Numbered from the stretch's first letter, positions 9,588-19,209 are shown. The stretch: DNA of 64,000 nt from Candidatus Enterousia sp. (GCA_045539815.1 JAZQGC010000009.1:9064-73063), one strand, 5' to 3'. Numbers and translations: made by a program. The notes: generated by a model from the letters alone, not told the origin.

Positions 9588-9821
9588 TTATATCGACACT
9601 TGGTGTTCAAGTGTTGGGTGTGATATAATTTGTTGTAAAACCCATACGCGTATCGCAGATGATAAATTTTTGTCGGGAGAGCGGTTGGAATCTATGTCGT
9701 TTATAATTGCTGCAACCGAACGATTCTGCCGTATAGCCAGTTTTTGTAATGCGTCAAAAAATTCTGGTTCCAGTGTGATGCTGGTTTGATGACCAGATAG
9801 TGAAACTGATATTTTTTTCAT
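9588..9821 (-). CDS. ribbon-helix-helix protein (RHH_4-like, alphaproteobacterial conserved)
   Basis: The sequence ISVSLSGHQTSITLEPEFFDALQKLAIRQNRSVAAIINDID…NLSSAIRVWVL matches the RHH_4 family pattern. Confidence 0.55.
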   Translation of the reverse strand: MKKISVSLSGHQTSITLEPEFFDALQKLAIRQNRSVAAIINDIDSNRSPDKNLSSAIRVWVLQQIISHPTLEHQVSI

Positions 9822-9825
9822 TTCT

Positions 9826-10260
9826 TTATATCTTTCCTGCGATTAAACAGTCGAACATTGCGCGATAGCCGTCATCGTATTTGCGCAATGGTGCCAATGA
9901 TATGTTATCCAACATATAAAATACACCAAACGCATCAAATGCAAACCAAAATAAATCGTTGCGACCAAATAATGTTTTGCCAAATGTTTTGCCCAGGCCA
10001 GACATGTCGTCATTTATCTTTAATATACTGGGGATTGGATAGGTGTTATTGCGTGGTGTTTCGTCGGGTGCGAATATGTATCCTGTATCAAGATTGATAC
10101 TGCCCGCGTGACGATATAATTCAGATATCTCGGGCGGTAACATTGCAAAACGACGTTGTTGCAGTGCGCCATTTAATAACATTATTTGATTTGCGTGTGC
10201 AGGTGGTGCAATTTTTGCGCCACGGGATTTAATTGTTGCTAAGAATTCTTGACATGTCAT
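9826..10260 (-). CDS. hypothetical protein (144 aa)
   Basis: ORF with protein-like composition, in a co-directional operon arrangement. No recognisable motif. Confidence 0.45.
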   Translation of the reverse strand: MTCQEFLATIKSRGAKIAPPAHANQIMLLNGALQQRRFAMLPPEISELYRHAGSINLDTGYIFAPDETPRNNTYPIPSILKINDDMSGLGKTFGKTLFGRNDLFWFAFDAFGVFYMLDNISLAPLRKYDDGYRAMFDCLIAGKI

Positions 10261-10286
10261 GCGATTCCTGCTTGGTCCTGTTGTTT

Positions 10287-10796
10287 TTATAAATCGCGAT
10301 CAGATACGATTTGGGCCGCGATTGTTTCTGTTATGCGGTCTTCGGTTGCGTTTCCGCCCGTGCCACCCAGACTGGAACTGGCAGGCAGGTATATCTTTTT
10401 TGCCGGATTTGGTAACCATATTTGTGAATTTCCGTGCTGGGATATAATAAATTTGTCCAAGTTAAATGAATGCGGAAATGTTTTGCAAATAAACAGGTTG
10501 TCCATATCCAGTTGTCCGCCCATCTGTAACGGTATGCGAAAACGAAAAGACAGGTTTTTTGGCATTGTGTTACCGGTTAATAAATTCATAAATTCGTCCT
10601 GGCTTAGGTTTAACATTACCAATGTGTCGACGCTGTCTGACAATGTGGACATGAATTTTTTACATAAAATTTTGTATTTATTAAACCAGTCTGGGGTTAA
10701 TTTTGTCGCATTTGGTGTTATCAAACGCAGGGGTAAATCTTTCATCCCCATATCAGAAACTATTCTTTTTGCATCTTGTTCAGTCAATTTTGCCAT
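10287..10796 (-). CDS. hypothetical protein (169 aa)
   Basis: Its start overlaps the stop of the upstream gene (ATGA at 10796). No recognisable motif. Confidence 0.45.
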   Translation of the reverse strand: MAKLTEQDAKRIVSDMGMKDLPLRLITPNATKLTPDWFNKYKILCKKFMSTLSDSVDTLVMLNLSQDEFMNLLTGNTMPKNLSFRFRIPLQMGGQLDMDNLFICKTFPHSFNLDKFIISQHGNSQIWLPNPAKKIYLPASSSLGGTGGNATEDRITETIAAQIVSDRDL

Positions 10797-11686
10797 TAAA
10801 TCTTGCCTATGTAGTCAATAACAGTTGATATATACATGGAAAATGCTTCGAAATTTTCAGGGTCCTGGGCAGGTTGGTTTTCGTGTTCCGACATATATTT
10901 CCGTAATTCTTCAACAGATTCAAATGTTAATATAGATTCTGTTGGGGCAGGTGCGGTTGGATTTACAACAAATCCATGAATGTTTATATCAATGTTGTCC
11001 AGTGTGTCTGAAAATACCTGTTGCAGGGCGGATACCGCATCAATAATGCGTTCGGGCGCAACAGATGACGCGCCGATATATACCGTTTCGTTTGTGCCAA
11101 TCGCAAATACAGGAACGGTAAAGCCGTGAATTCGTGGCGATGGTTTAATTGTATATTTGGCGTTTTCAAAGATGTCCAGAATCTGGGGTGTGTCTGGTAA
11201 TTCTGGTGCTGGCATGCCCCTGGAAATGTTTGGCATCGTGGTCGCCGGTGTGTTTACAGGCGTTGATGCCGGTGTAATGGTGCCCGGTTGTGGTGATATT
11301 GGCGCTGTGGGTGTGTTGGATAATCTTTGTGGGCGAACAGGTGTGTTGGGCGCAATGGTGTTGATAACAGGTGTTGCGTTCTGTTCATGGGGGGGCGGTG
11401 TCTTTTTTGATGTGCGTTTCAAGAAAGCGATTCGTATGCTTTTTATCTGGGGGTGGACCAGCATGTAAGATCCAATCAATATAATCATGCCAGATATTAT
11501 TATGGACAGATAAAAAGATGTCTTGATTGGTGTTTGTGATGCCTGCATATATGACAAATAGCGCCAATGTGCACCAGAAAAGATATCAAAGCCAAATTGC
11601 GTATTAAACCAAAAACATGTTGTCAGTATCGCGATTAATAACCACAATACTACAAGTAAAATTTTATTTAATTTATCCGTCTTCAT
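10796..11686 (-). CDS. hypothetical membrane protein with Pro/Thr-rich linker and C-terminal globular domain
   Basis: Two N-terminal TM helices, a P/T-rich low-complexity segment of about 90 aa, and a C-terminal domain of about 130 aa. Confidence 0.5.
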   Translation of the reverse strand: MKTDKLNKILLVVLWLLIAILTTCFWFNTQFGFDIFSGAHWRYLSYMQASQTPIKTSFYLSIIISGMIILIGSYMLVHPQIKSIRIAFLKRTSKKTPPPHEQNATPVINTIAPNTPVRPQRLSNTPTAPISPQPGTITPASTPVNTPATTMPNISRGMPAPELPDTPQILDIFENAKYTIKPSPRIHGFTVPVFAIGTNETVYIGASSVAPERIIDAVSALQQVFSDTLDNIDINIHGFVVNPTAPAPTESILTFESVEELRKYMSEHENQPAQDPENFEAFSMYISTVIDYIGKI

Positions 11687-11727
11687 GATTGGTATTGTAT
11701 CATATTTATGATAAAGTAAAAAGCATT

Positions 11728-12402
11728 ATGATGAATAAAAATATTATTTTTGATGATTTGTCCGATGTTGTCGCCGTCTGGTGCGGGGCAGATATAGAAG
11801 CAGCAGAATTAGCGCGTATGGTTGATAATGTGTCCAGACAAAATGTTGGCGCGTTGTCTGTTGTGCCGACGGCGGTGCCTGTGGTATGGCCGTGGATGGA
11901 GGAAATGAAAACTAAAATATTTGCGCGGTTTTATTTCCCAAACAGTGAAATATCCGATGACCAGATATCTGATGTTACAATCAGAATAAATAACGCATTT
12001 AAACAAGGTGCACATGGCGCCCAGATTTTCATGCCGTATGCGGCGTTGGCCAATTTGGTTGAACAGACACATGTTATCAGGGGGGATTTGTTCTTTAATA
12101 AAGATTTGGTTATCGGTATTGATATTGCGGATATTGCGTCGTCTGATTTGGATGAATTGTTTGGAAATTTACGCAAGATAAACGCATCTGCATTGATGCT
12201 GGTTTTGACCAAGGATTTGGGGGCAAAATCTGACTTTGTTGGGCGTTTGTACGGTTTGTTGGAAAATTGGAACAGTGCAAACAATTTTGATTTGCATTTT
12301 GCGCTGGGGCGGAATTTTGTGCGTATAGAACAAGCCGCGCGATTAATCCAGGTCATGCAACCCCAGTTGGCAAAAAAAATGAAGTTCTTTGTTAATTACT
12401 GA
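11728..12402 (+). CDS. hypothetical protein (faint DeoC-like TIM-barrel pattern at N-terminus; unassigned)
   Basis: Divergent from the minus-strand operon. The N-terminal pattern IIFDDLSDVVAVWCGADIEAAELARMV…GALSVVPTAVPVV loosely resembles the deoxyribose-phosphate aldolase N-terminus. Confidence 0.45.
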   Translation: MMNKNIIFDDLSDVVAVWCGADIEAAELARMVDNVSRQNVGALSVVPTAVPVVWPWMEEMKTKIFARFYFPNSEISDDQISDVTIRINNAFKQGAHGAQIFMPYAALANLVEQTHVIRGDLFFNKDLVIGIDIADIASSDLDELFGNLRKINASALMLVLTKDLGAKSDFVGRLYGLLENWNSANNFDLHFALGRNFVRIEQAARLIQVMQPQLAKKMKFFVNY

Positions 12403-13019
12403 TTGCGTAACAACAGATATTTTGGTGCGGCGGTGCCAGCCTTGTTTTTATGTTGATATCGTGTTTGTATAATTTCCATATCTGGGATTGTTGCGGATAA
12501 ATTTGTTTGTTTTAATTGTTCCAATATCCAGTCAAAATATTCCCAATGGTCTGTACCAATGATAATTTCGCCATCGTCAGATAAATTTTTTGATAATGTG
12601 TTTAAAAAATCGGCGGACAGTAATCGGCGTTTTTCGTGGCGGGCCTTGGGCCATGGGTCAGGGTGCAGTATCCAAATTTGACTGAATTTCGAATCGGCCC
12701 TGCGCAGGAAATCACGAACATCGTCCGCCCATATGCGGATGTTTTTGTATTCGTCCAATACACGATTCGAATTTTGGTCTGTAATCGCAGACAGCAGACT
12801 TGCCACGCCGTTCATAAATGGTTCGGCGCCAATGATAATTTTGTCTGGGTTATTGCGTGCCAGGTCGCGTACATGTTCGCCGGCACCAAATCCAATTTCC
12901 AAAATATCGCCGGTTTCAGGCGCTAATGATGGCAACAGGTTGGTAATTAAGTCCTGTTGACGGATTGATAATTTTTTGCCATGACGGCGGCCAAATGTTC
13001 TTATTTCTTGTTTTTCCAT
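12396..13019 (-). CDS. trmB: tRNA (guanine46-N7)-methyltransferase
   Basis: SAM-binding motif ILEIGFGAGEH and C-terminal IWILHPDPWPKARHEKRRL. The ATG at 13017-13019 is preferred over the upstream TTG/ATG. Confidence 0.85.
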   Translation of the reverse strand: MEKQEIRTFGRRHGKKLSIRQQDLITNLLPSLAPETGDILEIGFGAGEHVRDLARNNPDKIIIGAEPFMNGVASLLSAITDQNSNRVLDEYKNIRIWADDVRDFLRRADSKFSQIWILHPDPWPKARHEKRRLLSADFLNTLSKNLSDDGEIIIGTDHWEYFDWILEQLKQTNLSATIPDMEIIQTRYQHKNKAGTAAPKYLLLRNQ

Positions 13020-13067
13020 ATATTTAGTATAGAATTGAGTAACTAAAAACACAAGGATTATATAGAT

Positions 13068-13625
13068 ATGGCCGAATTTCCAAAACGAATCGATTGTGGT
13101 GATTTTGAAATGGTAAAACCCGAAGTGTCTTTTGCGCGCGCAAAAGAATTCTATGATGTTGTTGTAAAAAACAAGGATTTTTTATCCCAATGGTTGGAAT
13201 GGACGGCCAGATATTCTAAACCAGAAGTGGCGTTTGATTATTTAAGAATGATAGAGCCCACGAACGAGCCTTCTTATTTAATTGTTGTTGATGATAAAAT
13301 TGTAGGGGGGCATGGCTTTGTTGATTTTAATGAAAGGAATAAAACAGCTGAAATTGGCTATTGGTTAGCGCCACAGTTTAATGGTCGTGGTTTGGTTACC
13401 CGTGGAATTAAATTTTTAGAAGATTTGGCATTCGGGCAGTTGGGAATAAATCGGATGCAGATACAGATAGATGTAAATAATGTAAAATCACAAGCCGTCG
13501 CAATTCGTGCGGGATATAAAAACGAAGGCGTTCTGCGTCAAGCATATGTTTTGCGTAGTGTGCCACATGATGTTATTATGTATTCGAAATTAAAATCAGA
13601 ATGGGAAAAGGAAAAAGTAAAATGA
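13068..13625 (+). CDS. GNAT-family N-acetyltransferase (RimJ/RimL-like)
   Basis: GNAT motif A region GFVDFNERNKTAEIGYWLAPQFNGRGLVTRG. Confidence 0.75.
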   Translation: MAEFPKRIDCGDFEMVKPEVSFARAKEFYDVVVKNKDFLSQWLEWTARYSKPEVAFDYLRMIEPTNEPSYLIVVDDKIVGGHGFVDFNERNKTAEIGYWLAPQFNGRGLVTRGIKFLEDLAFGQLGINRMQIQIDVNNVKSQAVAIRAGYKNEGVLRQAYVLRSVPHDVIMYSKLKSEWEKEKVK

Positions 13626-15199
13626 GAAATGGTTTATCAAAAGATTTAATTGCGCGTGTGTTGGGCGGTGCGCCAAAATATACAATTGCAGAACTGGAAG
13701 AAAAATTCCCAGCCCGTAATTTGCCTGATGGTGCAATGGTGACAAGATTTGCGCCAAGTCCAACAGGGTATATGCATATTGGTGGATTGTATGGCGCATT
13801 GATAGACTGTAAATTGGCACAACAGTCAAGTGGTGTTTTTATGTTGCGTATCGAAGATACAGATACAAAACGTGAAGTCGCAGATGCGGTAAAAATTATT
13901 GAAGAATCGATGGATTGCTTTGGATTGAACTATAATAATGATTCTGTTTATGGACCGTACTATCAGTCGCAACGCAAAGAGATTTATCATTCTGTTGCTG
14001 CGGAATTGTTGGCTTTGGGGCGTGCTTATCCTTGCTTCTTGTCGGCAGAAGATATGGAAAAAATTCGTGAAAATCAAAAGGCGGCTGGCTTTGCAACGGG
14101 GATTTACGGCGAATTTGCACGTGATCGTGATTTGACAGAACAAGAAATTATTGCGCGTCTTGATAACGGGTTGGTACCATCGATTCGTTTGTATTCAGTT
14201 GGTAATCCAGAACAAAGAATTTTCTGCAAGGATGCGGTGCGTGGTTCAATTGGATTCCCAGAAAATAACGAAGATATTGTTTTGATTAAATCAAATGACG
14301 GGTTGCCAACGTATCATTTTGCGCATTTGTGCGATGATCACTTTATGCGTACAACGCATGTTATTCGTGGTGAAGAATGGTTGCCTTCGTTACCGTTACA
14401 TGCACAATTGTTTCGAATGATGGGATGGAATTCGCCGTTGTATATTCATACTTCTACGATTGATAAAATTGATGAAGAAACGGGTAAACAACGAAAATTA
14501 TCAAAGCGAAAAGACCCAGAGGCAAATGTGGCGTTCTTTTTACAAGCGGGCTGGCCAGTGGAATCTGTAATTGAATATCTGGGAAATATTGCCGCATCTG
14601 GTTACGAAGAAGCAAAAATGAAAGGACAGGTAAAAACATTTTGGGATTATGAAATGCGACCAAAGAAAATCCCAATGTCAGGTGCGTTGTTTGATATGAA
14701 AAAACTGGAATGGTGGGCGAAAGAGTTTATCGGTTCGTTGCCAGTGCCAGAATTGGTTGCGCGTGTTGTGAATTGGGCCAATGAATATGGTAATGATACA
14801 AACAAAATGCAGGTCGCAGATGTTGATTACCTGACTGGCGTTCTGGGTATTGAACGTGATAATCCAAAGCGTGTACGCAAAGACTTTATTACTTGGTCCC
14901 AGACATTGGAAAATGTTGCGTTTTTCTGGGACGAATTGTTTGTGCCAAATACAGAATATGAATTTAATAAAGACGCATTGCGCGCGTTCTTGGCAACATA
15001 TAATGCGGCAGATGATAAAGACGTATGGTGGGCAAAAATTGTTGCTGTTGCCGAAAGTATAGGTATAAAAAATGGTGATGTGGCAATGAATTTGCGTGTG
15101 GCGTTGTCGGGACGCACAAATACACCTGATTTATATTCAATAATGTCTGTTATGGGCGCGGAACGCGTAACAAAACGAATCGAAGGAGCGATTAAATGA
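13622..15199 (+). CDS. gltX: glutamate--tRNA ligase (class I; discriminating status unknown)
   Basis: HIGH-type motif APSPTGYMHIGG and the KMSKS-like motif KLSKRK. The start overlaps the GNAT gene stop. Confidence 0.85.
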   Translation: MRNGLSKDLIARVLGGAPKYTIAELEEKFPARNLPDGAMVTRFAPSPTGYMHIGGLYGALIDCKLAQQSSGVFMLRIEDTDTKREVADAVKIIEESMDCFGLNYNNDSVYGPYYQSQRKEIYHSVAAELLALGRAYPCFLSAEDMEKIRENQKAAGFATGIYGEFARDRDLTEQEIIARLDNGLVPSIRLYSVGNPEQRIFCKDAVRGSIGFPENNEDIVLIKSNDGLPTYHFAHLCDDHFMRTTHVIRGEEWLPSLPLHAQLFRMMGWNSPLYIHTSTIDKIDEETGKQRKLSKRKDPEANVAFFLQAGWPVESVIEYLGNIAASGYEEAKMKGQVKTFWDYEMRPKKIPMSGALFDMKKLEWWAKEFIGSLPVPELVARVVNWANEYGNDTNKMQVADVDYLTGVLGIERDNPKRVRKDFITWSQTLENVAFFWDELFVPNTEYEFNKDALRAFLATYNAADDKDVWWAKIVAVAESIGIKNGDVAMNLRVALSGRTNTPDLYSIMSVMGAERVTKRIEGAIK

Positions 15200-15933
15200 C
15201 AAATGAAAAGAAAGCCAGAATCAAGGCTGTTAAAAAAGATTCTCATGCGTCACAATTGTTAAAGGTGTTGCGTGCAACAGGGTTGTTTCGTTGGGAAAAG
15301 CCCTGTTCAAAATCAGAAGAAGTTGTAAATATTTTAACCCATGGAATTGGTATTGGTATTGCAATTGCCGCGTTGACACTGTTGGTGGTGTTTGCCGGAT
15401 TAAAGGGCGACCCATGGGCAATTGTGTCGTGTGCGATTTTTGGTGTGACAATGATAACCCTTTATTTTGGTTCAACGATGTGTCATGCAACCATTGGTAA
15501 AAAATCAGAATGCTTTTTTGAAGTGTGGGACAGTGTTGCAATCTATGCATTGATTGCAGGTACGTATACGCCGTTTTTGTTGGTGAATCTGCGTGGCTTA
15601 ATTGGGTGGACTGTGTTTGGAATTTTATGGGGAATTGTTTTGTTCGGTTCTTATATGAAAATAAAAAATCCAAAACAGCAACCACGTTGGATGGTGGCAT
15701 TATATGTTGCGATGGGGTGGACATTGTTATTCATATTGCCGGCAATGATTCATAATATCCCGATTCGCGGTCTGTGGTTTATCTTGGCGGGTGGCCTGTC
15801 TTATACGATTGGGGTGATATTTTATCTGTGGCGTCGTATGAAGTTTTCACACGGCGTGTGGCACCTGTTTGTAATCGGGGGCAGTGTATGTTTCTTTTTC
15901 GCTGTCTTGTTCGGATGTATATTAGATAAATAA
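15196..15933 (+). CDS. hemolysin III family (PAQR/YqfA) membrane protein
   Basis: Seven TM helices and the N-terminal conserved segment NILTHGIGIGIAIAAL…MCHA. Confidence 0.8.
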   Translation: MTNEKKARIKAVKKDSHASQLLKVLRATGLFRWEKPCSKSEEVVNILTHGIGIGIAIAALTLLVVFAGLKGDPWAIVSCAIFGVTMITLYFGSTMCHATIGKKSECFFEVWDSVAIYALIAGTYTPFLLVNLRGLIGWTVFGILWGIVLFGSYMKIKNPKQQPRWMVALYVAMGWTLLFILPAMIHNIPIRGLWFILAGGLSYTIGVIFYLWRRMKFSHGVWHLFVIGGSVCFFFAVLFGCILDK

Positions 15934-15935
15934 AT

Positions 15936-15958
15936 TCCCCAGTCTTTGGGGATTTATA
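15936..15958 (+). terminator. weak intrinsic terminator after the hlyIII-like gene
   Basis: tcccca-gtctt-tgggga followed by a short T tract. Confidence 0.45.
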
Positions 15959-16061
15959 TCTTGATTTTGTCAATAAATGGGCGTATGATATAAATCATGA
16001 ATTTATTTAAATTTATCTTTGTTACAACTACTACAACCCCGTTGGGGGTGTAATTTCTGTG

Positions 16062-16090
16062 TTGCGGATGTCCGCGTAAAAATTTATAAT
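16062..16090 (+). promoter_or_regulatory. candidate promoter for thrS (-35 TTGCGG / 17 nt / TATAAT)
   Basis: ttgcgg at 16062-16067 and tataat at 16085-16090. The ATG lies 44 nt downstream. Confidence 0.35.
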
Positions 16091-16133
16091 CAAAACAATT
16101 TAATCAAATAAAAAATATAAAAAGGTTTTTATT

Positions 16134-17867
16134 ATGTCTTATGATATTGATATTGTTCGTCACTCGTTGGCGCATGTTATGGCAGCGGCTGTAAAAAAGT
16201 TACACCCTGATGTTAAATTTGCAGGGGGGCCTGCGATTGAAAATGGGTTTTATTATGACTTTGATACAGAATATCGCTTTTCCGAAGATGATTTTGCAAA
16301 AATCGAAAAGGAAATGCGCGATTTAATCAAATCTAATGGTCGATTCGAACAGCGCAATGTTTCGTTGGACGAAGCCAAGGAAATTTTCGCAGACCAACCA
16401 TATAAAATGGAATGGTTAAATGAATATGATGCAGCAGGCGAAGCATTGTCTGTTTATACTTTCCGTGACTTTACGGATTTGTGCCGTGGACCACATGTTG
16501 AATCATCAAAAGATTTACCAAGGGATGGTTTTAAAATTCGCAGTGTTGCAGGTGCATACTGGAAGGGTGATGCAAAAAATAAAATGTTGCAACGTATCTA
16601 TGTTGACGCATTTGCAAGTAAAGAAGAGTTAGAGGCTTTCTTGAAAATGCAAGAAGAAGCCGCTGCGCGTGATAACAGAAAACTGGGGCGTGATATGGAT
16701 TTATTCCATTTTGAACCAGAATATGCGCCGGGTTCTGTTTTCTGGCACGACAAGGGGTATAAAATCTATCGCAAGTTGATTGAATATTTGCGTGCGCGTC
16801 AAGAACGGGCAGGGTATATGGAAATTTCAACACCGTCTGTTATGGACAGATGTCTGTGGGAACGCAGTGGGCACTGGGCAAAATATGGCGAACATAATTA
16901 TTCCGGTAAAACCCAAGATGGCAAGGTGTTCTGTATTAAACCAATGTCTTGCCCAGGGGGGATGTTGGTGTTTGGTCATGGCATTAAATCATATAAAGAT
17001 TTGCCATTGTATCTGGCAGAATTTGGCAAGGTTCATCGTTATGAAGCAGCCGGTGGTTTGTCGGGATTGATGCGCGTTCGTGAATTTACCCAAGATGATG
17101 CGCATATATTCTGTACAGAAGAACAGTTGGAAGAAGAAGTTGTTAAAATCTTGCGTTTCATCAAAGATATTTATGGCAAGTTCGGTTTTGATAAAATTTC
17201 TATGAAATTGGCAACCAGAAAAGAATCAGAATTTCGAATCGGATCAGATGAAATCTGGGACAAGGCCGAAGGTGCATTAAAACATGCGCTGGATGCAAAT
17301 GGTATCGAATATGAAATTGCCGAAGGTGATGCGGCGTTCTATGGTCCAAAAATCGATAATTATCTGAAAGATTCAATGGGACGCGTATGGCAGTGCGGTA
17401 CTGTTCAATTGGATATGAATTTGCCAGAACGATTCGATTTGTCTTATGTTGGCGAAGATGGTGAAAAACATCGTCCGATTATGTTGCACCGTGCGTTGTT
17501 GGGGTCTATTGAACGATTTATGGGCGTGTTGCTGGAATCAACAGGTGGGCATTTGCCACTGTGGCTGAGTCCAGAACCAGTAGTGGTTGCACCAATTTCT
17601 GAAAAGCATGCTGATTATGCAAACGAAGTTGTATCTGCATTGCGTGGCGTGGGTGTAAATACACATGCAGATTTGCGCGATGAAAAAGTGAACTATAAAA
17701 TCCGCGAATTGTCGTTGGCAAAAACACCAATCGTTGCGGTTGTCGGCGAAAAAGAAATGGCAGATAAAACGGTTACATTGCGTCGTTTGGGCGAACAAAA
17801 ACAGGAAACTGTTCCACTGTCTGAATTTGTAGAAATGATGCAAAATGCAATAAAAATGCCGTTGTAA
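16134..17867 (+). CDS. thrS: threonine--tRNA ligase lacking the N-terminal TGS (N1) domain
   Basis: The protein begins directly in the editing/SAD region (HSLAHVM HxxxH). Class II motifs FGKVHRYEAAG and FTQDDAHIF are present. It is 577 aa against about 640 for a canonical bacterial ThrRS. Confidence 0.9.
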   Translation: MSYDIDIVRHSLAHVMAAAVKKLHPDVKFAGGPAIENGFYYDFDTEYRFSEDDFAKIEKEMRDLIKSNGRFEQRNVSLDEAKEIFADQPYKMEWLNEYDAAGEALSVYTFRDFTDLCRGPHVESSKDLPRDGFKIRSVAGAYWKGDAKNKMLQRIYVDAFASKEELEAFLKMQEEAAARDNRKLGRDMDLFHFEPEYAPGSVFWHDKGYKIYRKLIEYLRARQERAGYMEISTPSVMDRCLWERSGHWAKYGEHNYSGKTQDGKVFCIKPMSCPGGMLVFGHGIKSYKDLPLYLAEFGKVHRYEAAGGLSGLMRVREFTQDDAHIFCTEEQLEEEVVKILRFIKDIYGKFGFDKISMKLATRKESEFRIGSDEIWDKAEGALKHALDANGIEYEIAEGDAAFYGPKIDNYLKDSMGRVWQCGTVQLDMNLPERFDLSYVGEDGEKHRPIMLHRALLGSIERFMGVLLESTGGHLPLWLSPEPVVVAPISEKHADYANEVVSALRGVGVNTHADLRDEKVNYKIRELSLAKTPIVAVVGEKEMADKTVTLRRLGEQKQETVPLSEFVEMMQNAIKMPL

Positions 17868-17920
17868 ATTATATGGGGCAGGGTAATCTGCCCCATATAA
17901 GTAAAAAAAGGAAGGATAAT

Positions 17921-18064
17921 ATGAAAAAAATATTTTTGCTTGTTGCGTTGATTGCTGTGCCTGTCGTTGTTTCGGGGTGTGCAAAAAAATGCGAAGTAGA
18001 ACCAATCGTTGAAGAAAATCATAAACTGATTGTGCCACAAAATTTTGGTAAAATGCCGAAATAA
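17921..18064 (+). CDS. small lipoprotein (47 aa)
   Basis: RBS aaaggaagga, then MKKIFLLVALIAVPVVVSGC with lipobox VSGC. Confidence 0.4.
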   Translation: MKKIFLLVALIAVPVVVSGCAKKCEVEPIVEENHKLIVPQNFGKMPK

Positions 18065-18142
18065 TTTTTATCTATATCTGTTTGGTTATTCGTTTTTTTT
18101 GTGGTATAATGTTCATAATTAAATCACAGGGGGGATTTTATT

Positions 18143-18934
18143 ATGGAAGATAATAATTTGGATTTGTTGGATTTAGACGATACGGATTCTATGGATTCTT
18201 TGCCAGAAGCAAATGCGTTCGCGGCGCCACGTCCAAAGAAACCTTGGTTGTTGCTGACTGTTGGTATGGTTGTGATTGTGTTGGCGACATATATTATTAT
18301 TCGTGCAATTGGTGGCGAATCTTCTTCTTCGATGGAGGTTGACCTGGATGTTCCTGCGATTGTTGTCGATGGTGCGCCGGTCGAGCCAGAAATAAATGTT
18401 ATGCCACCTGTGAAACCTGTTCAGGTGCAACCACAAAAAGAAGCAGTGAAACCTGTGGCGCAACCTGTATCAAAGCCAGAGCCTAAGCCAGAAGTTCAAC
18501 CTGTGGTACAGCCAGAACAAAGTGCAGGAATTCCTGTGCGTGTGATTGAAGATCGCAAAGAAGTGAAATTTAATCCAACAAAAACGGAAAAACCGGTTGC
18601 AAAAACAACAACGCCTGCACCAAAACAGGGTGGGGTAAAACCTGCAACCAAGCCAGCGCCAAAAACAGCCGTTAAGAATACTGTGGCAAATGGTGGTTGG
18701 TATGTTCAGTTTGGTTCGTATAGTTCACGTGCATTGGCAGAAAGTGCACAACGTAAAATTCAAAGTCAACACCAAGGATTGTTTGCCGGAAAGCAATTTG
18801 TTATCTTGGCGGCACAATTGAAAAATGGTACAACAACATACAGATTGCGTGTGGCATTCGCAAATTCAAACGAAGCAAATGGTTTTTGCCGTAATGCCAA
18901 GGCAGATGGTCTGGATTGTTATGTTGCAAGATAA
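18143..18934 (+). CDS. SPOR-domain cell-division protein (DedD/FtsN-like)
   Basis: N-terminal TM helix, a Pro/Val-rich linker, and a C-terminal SPOR domain GWYVQFGSYSSRALAESAQRKI…YRLRV. Confidence 0.7.
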   Translation: MEDNNLDLLDLDDTDSMDSLPEANAFAAPRPKKPWLLLTVGMVVIVLATYIIIRAIGGESSSSMEVDLDVPAIVVDGAPVEPEINVMPPVKPVQVQPQKEAVKPVAQPVSKPEPKPEVQPVVQPEQSAGIPVRVIEDRKEVKFNPTKTEKPVAKTTTPAPKQGGVKPATKPAPKTAVKNTVANGGWYVQFGSYSSRALAESAQRKIQSQHQGLFAGKQFVILAAQLKNGTTTYRLRVAFANSNEANGFCRNAKADGLDCYVAR

Positions 18935-18952
18935 TATACAAGGAGTAAAAAT

Positions 18953-19180
18953 ATGTTTGGTCGATTTGGTTGGGGCGAAATTTTAATAATTGTTGTTCTG
19001 GTTATTATCCTGTTTGGGCATAATAAAATACCAGGTATGATGAAAAATTTGGCAGATGGATTAAATGTATTTAAAAAAGAATTGAAAGATACAAAAAAGC
19101 AGACTGTTGAAAAAAAGCAAACAACAAAAGCTGTAAAAAAGACAGCAACCAAGAAACCAGTTGCGTCCAAGAAGAAATAA
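18953..19180 (+). CDS. tatA: twin-arginine translocase subunit TatA/E
   Basis: MFGRFGWGEILIIVVLVIILFGHNKIPGMMKNLADGLNVFKK matches the TatA TM and amphipathic-helix signature. Confidence 0.75.
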   Translation: MFGRFGWGEILIIVVLVIILFGHNKIPGMMKNLADGLNVFKKELKDTKKQTVEKKQTTKAVKKTATKKPVASKKK

Positions 19181-19209
19181 AAAAATCCCCGTTTGGGGAT
19201 TTTTTTTTA
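19181..19209. terminator. bidirectional intrinsic terminator (tatA / dksA convergent)
   Basis: A5-atcccc-gttt-ggggat-T9. Confidence 0.7.

Noticed and set aside
10249-10821. 190-aa plus-strand ORF antisense to the 169-aa minus-strand gene
   Set aside because: Its product is Cys/Phe-rich and junk-like. The minus-strand ORF has protein-like composition and is translationally coupled (ATGA) to its neighbour.
11157-11468. 103-aa Gly/Val-rich plus-strand ORF
   Set aside because: It is the antisense reading of the Pro/Thr-rich low-complexity region of the minus-strand membrane protein.
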